NCBI GenBank assembly: GCA_040772485.1
Contig: JAXGYC010000011.1
Span: 32,001 to 96,000, forward strand
Length of the DNA stretch: 64,000 nucleotides
Direction: 5' to 3'
Source: Sedimentisphaerales bacterium
Lineage (GTDB): Bacteria; Planctomycetota; Phycisphaerae; Sedimentisphaerales; Anaerobacaceae
Made by a program: the position numbers and the translations under genes. The notes under the pieces are model-generated. The model worked only from the letters and a program-made list of their open reading frames with translations. It was not told where the DNA came from and did not search any database. Below are positions 57,742 to 64,000 of this stretch, piece by piece; position 1 is the stretch's first letter; every line of letters starts with the position of its first letter.

Positions 57742-58935
57742 ATGATTGTAGGGATTATAGGAGGCAGCGACGTGAGGGTAGCGAAGGAGATTCCAGAGAA
57801 TTCGCCGGATATCGAGAAGTGGATCAAACTGATCCGTGCCGATGGTGTCGGTCCGGTCTCGTTCGGTCGGCTCCTGAAGTTCTATGGCTCAGTCGATGCA
57901 GCCCTCGGCGCGTCGGCAAGCGGCTTGGCCCGCGTCGAGGGAATCGGCCCCAAGACGGCCGAGCGAATCGTCTCGACCCGCGACAAATTCGACACTTGCG
58001 CAGAATTGGAGCGGGCCCGGAAGCTCGGGGTTTGGCTCATCCACATGGAGGATTCGCGCTATCCGCCCCTGCTCAAGCAAATCTACGATCCGCCTCCCGT
58101 TCTGTACGTCAAGGGAACGCTCGGGCGCGAGGACAATCTGGGCATCGCCATCGTAGGCTCGCGGCGCTGCAGCATCTACGGGACCGAGCAGGCATCTCGT
58201 TTTGCGCATCTTCTTGCTGCATCTGGGTTTACAATCGTCTCCGGCCTGGCTCGGGGGATCGACACCGCTGCCCATCATGGCGCGCTGGCGGCAGAGGGCC
58301 GCACGATCGCCGTGCAGGGTTGCGGCCTGGCCAACGTCTTTCCACCTGAAAACGCCAGGCTGTTCGAACTCATAAGTCAAAGCGGCGCCTGCATTTCCGA
58401 GCTTCCGCTCCAGTATGAACCGCTGAGCGAGAACTTCCCGCCGCGTAACCGAATCATTGCGGGGCTGTCTCTCGGGACTATCGTCATCGAGGCGGGCCTG
58501 CGCAGCGGAGCCCTGATCACCGCCAAGACGGCCCTGGAGAGCAACCGCGAGGTCATGGCCGTGCCGGGCAAGATCGATTCGCCCATGGGCAAAGGCCCGA
58601 ACCAACTCATCAAACAGGGCGCCAAGCTCGTCGAGTCGGTCGAGGACGTGATGGAGGCCCTGGGCTACGTGGGCGAGCAACTCAGGGAGCACACGGCCCA
58701 GGCGGCCGGCGAGGCGGCAGCCAAAGCCGAGATGCCGCTGTTCGACACCCACCAGTTCAATCTCAAAGGTCACGAAAAGCAAATCTACGATTCACTTGGT
58801 TCCGAGCCCCTCCATACCGATCAGGTGATCGACCGGACCGATCTGGCCCCCGGGACGGTCAACGCGACTTTGATGTCGCTTCGCCTCAAAGGGCTCATCA
58901 GGCAGCTTCCCGGCAACCTGTTCAAGCGTCGATAG
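57742..58935 (+). CDS. dprA: DNA-processing protein DprA
   Basis: YPPLLKQIYDPPPVLY, AIVGSR, VSGLARGID, FPPRNRII, SGALITA; C-terminal winged helix; start 57742 or GTG 57772. Confidence 0.95.
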   Translation: MIVGIIGGSDVRVAKEIPENSPDIEKWIKLIRADGVGPVSFGRLLKFYGSVDAALGASASGLARVEGIGPKTAERIVSTRDKFDTCAELERARKLGVWLIHMEDSRYPPLLKQIYDPPPVLYVKGTLGREDNLGIAIVGSRRCSIYGTEQASRFAHLLAASGFTIVSGLARGIDTAAHHGALAAEGRTIAVQGCGLANVFPPENARLFELISQSGACISELPLQYEPLSENFPPRNRIIAGLSLGTIVIEAGLRSGALITAKTALESNREVMAVPGKIDSPMGKGPNQLIKQGAKLVESVEDVMEALGYVGEQLREHTAQAAGEAAAKAEMPLFDTHQFNLKGHEKQIYDSLGSEPLHTDQVIDRTDLAPGTVNATLMSLRLKGLIRQLPGNLFKRR

Positions 58936-58940
58936 GTTGT

Positions 58941-58984
58941 CCATCCCCAAGGCCTTTTCTCATTTGGCTTTGAGGCAGCTTTCC
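58941..58984. repeat. Degenerate half-copy of the 49.3-kb repeat
   Basis: CCATCCCCAA-N16-GCTTTGAGGCAGC matches 49430-49468 with identical spacing. Confidence 0.55.
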
Positions 58985-59217
58985 ACCGCCGAGGTCCACA
59001 ATCTGATTGATAGCACCGAGGCGAGGAGGTAGAATCAGAATATCTCGTGCGGTTGCCTTCGTCGGAACTTCCGGCGGCGGTGTGCATCGCGATCGGTACG
59101 GTGGTGAAGGGCAATCTGGAATCGGAGGTTCTGTTGCAGCATCTGCCGCTGACCCCACAGACGCGTCGTGGCACGTCACCGAGGCAGGCACTCATTCATT
59201 TCTGAAGGAGGATCACC

Positions 59218-62136
59218 ATGTCCAGGCATCTTGTTCTCGCGTGCGCAACAATGGCGATTGCTCTGGCCAGCGTCGTGCAGGGGGCCGATCCCAGCCTCAT
59301 CGGCTGGTGGAGACTCGACGAAAGCTCAGGGATGACGGCCTTCGACTCATCAGGCAACGGAAACCACGGCGCTCTTCAAGGCAGCGCGACGCTGGGCGCC
59401 GAAGGGATCCTGCGAGGCGCCGTGCTTCTCGACGGCGACGGGGACTACATCGACTGCGGCAGCAGCGACGTCTTCAACATCCGCAGCGCCGTGACGCTGG
59501 CCGCCTGGGTCTGGGCGGACCCCGACTTCGGTTACCCTGACTGGTCGGGCATCATCATGCGGGGCGGGCCCAACATCGACACGTTCGCCCTCTACTACAA
59601 CGGGCCCAACAAGCAGCTCGGTTTCAAGACAACGGGCGCCCCGACGGAATGGACCGCCAGCGCCGCCAACGGCGCCGCCGCCCTCTTTGATCGAGAGTGG
59701 CATCACGTCGCGGCCACCTATGACGGCCAGACCAAGACCATCTACCTCGACACCGCTGTGGTGACCACCGCCGGCGCTTCGGGCCAGATCGAGACCAGTA
59801 GCACCGGCCGGCTTCTCCTGGGCGCTGGACGCGATTTGGCCGTGCCGACCCACCTTCTGGTCGGCCGTCTTGACGACGCGCGGATCTACAGCCGGGCGCT
59901 GTCTGTAGCGGAACTGGCAGTCGTTATGGAGGGCACGTACGAGCCCATCGCTGAGAACCCCTCCCCCAAGGACGGGGCCACAGACATCGTCCGCGACACT
60001 CTGCTGAGCTGGACACCCGGCGAATTCGCCAGGACACATGATGTCTACCTCGGGACCGTGTTTGACGACGTCAACGAGGCCAGCCGCGCCAATCCGATGG
60101 GCGTGCTCGCCAGCCAAGGCCAGGAACCGAACACCTACGACCCGCCTGGGCTGCTCGATATCGGCCGGACGTACTACTGGCGTGTCGATGAGGTCAACGG
60201 CGCGCCGGACTTCGCCATCTACAAGGGCGACACCTGGACGTTCACAACCGAGCCTATTGGCTACCCAATCCAGGGGGTCATCGCCACAACCAATGCCCCC
60301 TTCACCGAAGGGTCAGAGCCGGAGAACACGGTCAACGGCTCCGGACTCGATGAGAACGATTTGCATTCCGTAGCCGCCGGCGACATGTGGCTCGGAACCC
60401 CTGCGCCGGGCGAGACCGTCTGGATCCAGTACGAATTCGACCGCGTCTACAAGCTCCACGAGCTGTGGGTGTGGAACTACAACATCCAGTTCGAGCCGGT
60501 GCTGGGGTTCGGGTTCAAGCAGGTGCTGGTGGAGTACTCCACGGATGGGACCGATTGGACCAGCTTTGGCGAGGTTGAATTCGCCAGGGCCCCGGCGACC
60601 GCCGGATACGCCCACAACACAGCCGTGGACCTTGCAGGCATAGCCGCCAGATTCGTCAGGCTCACACCCGTCAGCGGTTGGGGCATGATGGGCCAGTACG
60701 GCCTTAGCGAAGTCCGGTTCTTCTACATCCCCGTCCAGGCGCGCCAGCCGCAGCCGGCCGACGGGGCAACGGATGTCAATCCGAACATCGCTCTGAGCTG
60801 GCGGGCCGGCCGCGAAGCAGCCTCGCATGATCTGTACTTCGGCACCGACGAAGCGGCCGTAGCCGATGGAACGGCGCTGATCGACGCGGTTGGCCAACCC
60901 ACCTATGACCCCGGCGCCCTGAGCTTTGGGACTACATACTATTGGAGGGTCGACGAGGTCAACGAAGCGGCGACGCCGGCCGTGTGGGCAGGGCCGATGT
61001 GGAGCTTCTCCACACAGCAGTACGTCGTCATCGATGATTTCGAAAACTACACCGACAACCTCGACGCTGGAGAGGGTATCTTCCAGACCTGGATTGACGG
61101 ATGGGAGAACGGCACCGGCTCGGTTGTCGGCCATCTCGACGCCCCCTTTGCCGAGAGGACGGTTGTCCACGGGGGCAAGCAGTCGATGCCTTTGGCGTAC
61201 GACAACCAGACGTCGCCGTGGTACTCCGAGACCAGCCGCGCCTTCGACACCGCCCAGGACTGGACCGCCAACGGCGCTGATACCCTCGTGCTGCACGTTC
61301 GCGGCAGCGCACCGGCCTTCTTCGAGAGCCCGGCCGGCGAGATCATCATGAGCGCCATCGGAACGGACATCTGGAACAACGGCGACCAGTTCCGCTACGC
61401 ATACAAGAGCCTCAACGGCGACGGCTCCATCTCGGTGCGCGTCGACAGCCTGGTCCGCAGCAACGAATGGGCGAAAGCCGGTGTAATGATCCGCGAGACG
61501 CTGGAGGGCGGTTCAAAACACACGTTCGTAGCCATCACGCCGGACCACGGCGTCTCGTTCCAGCGTCGTCCGGTGGCCGGCCAGGCAAGCGCCAATACGG
61601 ACGCGAGCGGCATCGTCACCCCGTATTGGCTCAGGCTGACCCGGACGGGCAACGTCTTCACCGCCCAGACATCGGCGGATGGCACTGCCTGGGCCGACAT
61701 CGTGGTGAGCCCGGCCCTGGAGATTACGATGGCCAGCAACGTCTACATCGGCCTGGCGGTAACGAGCCACGACGCGGCGATTTCGACCGTGGCGCAGTTC
61801 TCGAACATCTCCACAACAGGCGCCGTCTCCGGCCAGTGGCAAACCGCAGGCATCGGGGCAACGCAACCAGAAGGGAACACGCCTGAGGCGCTCTACGTGG
61901 CCGTTGAGGACGGCAACGGAAGCATAGCGGTGGCAGCCAATCCGGATACAGCCGCCACCGCCCGACCCGATTGGCAGCAATGGCGAATCCCCTTCAGCGC
62001 CTTTGGCGGCGTGAATCTGAGCAGGGTCGAAACGATCATGATCGGCGTCGGAGACCGCAACAGCCCTGCTGCCGGCGGGACGGGCCTGATCTACGTCGAT
62101 GACATCCAGTACGGGCACCCCTTCGACGCTCAATAG
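59218..62136 (+). CDS. Secreted LamG / discoidin-like / DUF1349-like multidomain protein
   Basis: AGGAGG RBS, signal peptide; GWWRLDE...WHHVAATYDG; two PxPxDGATD...YYWRVDEVN repeats; WAKAGVMIRE; C-terminal IYVDDI. Confidence 0.88.
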   Translation: MSRHLVLACATMAIALASVVQGADPSLIGWWRLDESSGMTAFDSSGNGNHGALQGSATLGAEGILRGAVLLDGDGDYIDCGSSDVFNIRSAVTLAAWVWADPDFGYPDWSGIIMRGGPNIDTFALYYNGPNKQLGFKTTGAPTEWTASAANGAAALFDREWHHVAATYDGQTKTIYLDTAVVTTAGASGQIETSSTGRLLLGAGRDLAVPTHLLVGRLDDARIYSRALSVAELAVVMEGTYEPIAENPSPKDGATDIVRDTLLSWTPGEFARTHDVYLGTVFDDVNEASRANPMGVLASQGQEPNTYDPPGLLDIGRTYYWRVDEVNGAPDFAIYKGDTWTFTTEPIGYPIQGVIATTNAPFTEGSEPENTVNGSGLDENDLHSVAAGDMWLGTPAPGETVWIQYEFDRVYKLHELWVWNYNIQFEPVLGFGFKQVLVEYSTDGTDWTSFGEVEFARAPATAGYAHNTAVDLAGIAARFVRLTPVSGWGMMGQYGLSEVRFFYIPVQARQPQPADGATDVNPNIALSWRAGREAASHDLYFGTDEAAVADGTALIDAVGQPTYDPGALSFGTTYYWRVDEVNEAATPAVWAGPMWSFSTQQYVVIDDFENYTDNLDAGEGIFQTWIDGWENGTGSVVGHLDAPFAERTVVHGGKQSMPLAYDNQTSPWYSETSRAFDTAQDWTANGADTLVLHVRGSAPAFFESPAGEIIMSAIGTDIWNNGDQFRYAYKSLNGDGSISVRVDSLVRSNEWAKAGVMIRETLEGGSKHTFVAITPDHGVSFQRRPVAGQASANTDASGIVTPYWLRLTRTGNVFTAQTSADGTAWADIVVSPALEITMASNVYIGLAVTSHDAAISTVAQFSNISTTGAVSGQWQTAGIGATQPEGNTPEALYVAVEDGNGSIAVAANPDTAATARPDWQQWRIPFSAFGGVNLSRVETIMIGVGDRNSPAAGGTGLIYVDDIQYGHPFDAQ

Positions 62137-62199
62137 GGCCGCTGAGGGCACAGACTCCCCCAGCGTCGGGTGTTCGCTCGCGAGCGGCGCAGCTCTTCG

Positions 62200-62231
62200 G
62201 GGCCTGGGTCGAGCCGATCCAGGCCCTTTTT
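62200..62231 (+). terminator. Rho-independent terminator
   Basis: GGGCCTGGGTCG-AGC-CGATCCAGGCCC followed by TTTTT. Confidence 0.8.
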
Positions 62232-62452
62232 CTGCTCCTCTGTTCGGCAGTCTGCTCTGGAGCCTGAGGCGTCTGATCGGGCCAAATCATAAGAACAAAC
62301 GTGAATAAATGAATGGATGCTTATGATAGACAATTCCAGGCATGACGGCACTACCAGAGTGACATTTCTTTAAACACTCTTTTGACAAGAGTTTACAGGA
62401 TCATCCATCCGCCATTTTGGCCCGAATTCGCCGGGCAATCGCCCTATAATGG

Positions 62453-62481
62453 TTGACGACGCCTCAGCGATTTGATAGCAT
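62453..62481 (+). promoter_or_regulatory. Sigma70-type promoter for folC
   Basis: TTGACG-17 nt-TAGCAT with an extended TG, 9 nt before the ATG. Confidence 0.55.
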
Positions 62482-62490
62482 CAGTCGTCC

Positions 62491-63924
62491 ATGACAAGAA
62501 CGACAAAGAAAACCGGAAAGAAACCAGAAGCACGAAGCTCTTCAAAAGTCGTCTCGGTAAAAGCCAAGAAGCCCTTCACCAACTACAGGCAAGCCATCGC
62601 CTACCTGTTCGAGAAGACCGACTACGAAAAAGAAGAGCACGTGCGCTATAACGTGACGACCTTCAGCCTCGACCGGATGCGGAATCTGTTGTCCCTGCTG
62701 GGCGATCCCCATGGGAAGATCAGCACGGTCCACATCGCCGGCACGAAGGGCAAGGGTTCCACGGCCACCATGCTCGCCAAGATGCTCGAGTCCAACGGCT
62801 ACACGGTCGGGCTGTATACGTCCCCGCACCTGGTACACCTGCACGAACGCATTGTGGTGAATTCAGAGATGATAAGCGAAGCGGAGATGCTGGGGCTGAT
62901 GAACCGCATCTACGCCCCGGTCGAGAAGCTGTCCGACGACCCACCCACGTTCTTCGAGATTTTCACGGCGCTGGCGTTCATGTACTTCGCAGACCGAAAG
63001 GTCGATATCGCCGTAATCGAGACCGGCTTGGGCGGCCGGCTGGACAGCACCAACGTCATCACCCCCAAGGTGGTTGGCATCACCAGCCTGAGCATTGACC
63101 ACAAGCTCCAGCTCGGCGACACGCTCGACCGGATCGCGATGGAGAAGGCCGGCGTCTTCAAGAAAGGCGTGCCGGCCATCACCGTGCAGCAGGAGCCGAT
63201 GGCCATGAGCGTGCTGAAGGAGCAGGCCATCGCGGTCAAGGCGCCGCTGAGCGTGACGGGCAGCAGCGACATCGACTTCTCGTATCGGTTCGAGACGTCT
63301 CGCGAGCACGGGCCGCACACGCGAATCTGCCTGACGACGCCCACCAGCAAGTTCGAGCACATCCGCGTTCCGTTGCACGGCAAACACCAGGCGATCAACT
63401 GCGGCCTGGCGCTGGCCCTGCTCGACCGGCTCAAGTCTTCCGGGTACAACATCGACATCGACAAGGCGGCCGACGGGCTTCATGGAGTTACGCTGGCCGG
63501 GCGGATGGAGATGATCTGCGAGGACCCCCGCATCATGATCGACGGGGCCCATAACGCCGCCAGTGTTCGGGCGCTGATTCACGCCATCGGCCAGAACATC
63601 CCCTACGACTCGATGGTCGTGATCTTCGGCTGCAACGCGGACAAAGACATTCCCGGCATGCTCACCGAGCTTCAGTATGGGGCCGACAAGGTCATCTTCA
63701 CGCGGAGCAGCTCGATGAAGGCGGTCTCTCCGCAGGACCTGGCGGACATGTACACGGACATCTGCGGCAAGATGTGCCAGACGGCCAGCAGCCTCGGCGA
63801 AGCGCTCCAACTGGCCCGCAGCGCCGTCGGTCGCGAGGACCTGATCCTGATCACGGGGAGCTTCTACCTCATCGGACAAGCCAAGATCCGCTTCCAGCCA
63901 AGTGTCACTCTGGCGGCCTCCTGA
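62491..63924 (+). CDS. folC: Bifunctional folylpolyglutamate synthase/dihydrofolate synthase
   Basis: HIAGTKGKGST, YTSPHL, ETGLGGRLDSTN, DGAHN, TGSFYL. Confidence 0.95.
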   Translation: MTRTTKKTGKKPEARSSSKVVSVKAKKPFTNYRQAIAYLFEKTDYEKEEHVRYNVTTFSLDRMRNLLSLLGDPHGKISTVHIAGTKGKGSTATMLAKMLESNGYTVGLYTSPHLVHLHERIVVNSEMISEAEMLGLMNRIYAPVEKLSDDPPTFFEIFTALAFMYFADRKVDIAVIETGLGGRLDSTNVITPKVVGITSLSIDHKLQLGDTLDRIAMEKAGVFKKGVPAITVQQEPMAMSVLKEQAIAVKAPLSVTGSSDIDFSYRFETSREHGPHTRICLTTPTSKFEHIRVPLHGKHQAINCGLALALLDRLKSSGYNIDIDKAADGLHGVTLAGRMEMICEDPRIMIDGAHNAASVRALIHAIGQNIPYDSMVVIFGCNADKDIPGMLTELQYGADKVIFTRSSSMKAVSPQDLADMYTDICGKMCQTASSLGEALQLARSAVGREDLILITGSFYLIGQAKIRFQPSVTLAAS

Positions 63925-64000
63925 AGAGCATCGGACCGCCGAGTTTAGGGTTGACGGTCGTTCTGCCTGCCTTTCTAATCTCTATCTTGAATCATCGCCG

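Noticed and set aside
62371..62397. Imperfect palindrome TAAACACTCTTTTGACAAGAGTTTACA upstream of folC
   Set aside because: Single imperfect instance; no regulator or repeat family can be assigned from this window.
63951..63981. Possible promoter (TTGACG) for a gene beyond the right edge
   Set aside because: Poor -10 at canonical spacing, and the downstream gene is not visible.

Overview
GC-rich (~63-65%) bacterial chromosomal segment. The gene content (LamG, lamin-tail, CotH and HEAT proteins, a Tat-exported Gfo/Idh/MocA, DUF1080, ThuA) suggests Planctomycetota, probably Phycisphaerae/Sedimentisphaerales; this is inference. Left to right: (1) a minus-strand glycan locus: Gfo/Idh/MocA, HEAT protein, a GH9-GH95 fusion disrupted by a clean 1198-bp IS4/IS10-like element with a 9-bp target duplication, an SSS symporter, a lone sugar-binding lipoprotein and a DUF1080-RraA fusion; (2) a secreted 7xPPC + LamG protein with a low-GC tip, a membrane HEAT protein and two tandem CotH-like kinases (a third lies at 49.5-52.9 kb); (3) a TPR/CBM9/LamG accessory protein + histidine kinase + two response regulators, with an upstream 11-bp-spaced direct repeat; (4) nfeD-flotillin, DUF3160 and typA; (5) a patchwork of small genes including an S1 protease preceded by a free prodomain-like protein and a candidate structured RNA; (6) DUF2975/XRE, GH127, a standalone Clp N-domain, an AroK-AroC fusion, a CE4-like deacetylase, ThuA, dprA, a LamG multidomain protein and folC. 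Two REP-like repeat families are present. No rRNA, tRNA, CRISPR array, prophage or recognised defence system was seen. All family calls come from motif recognition by eye, not database searches.
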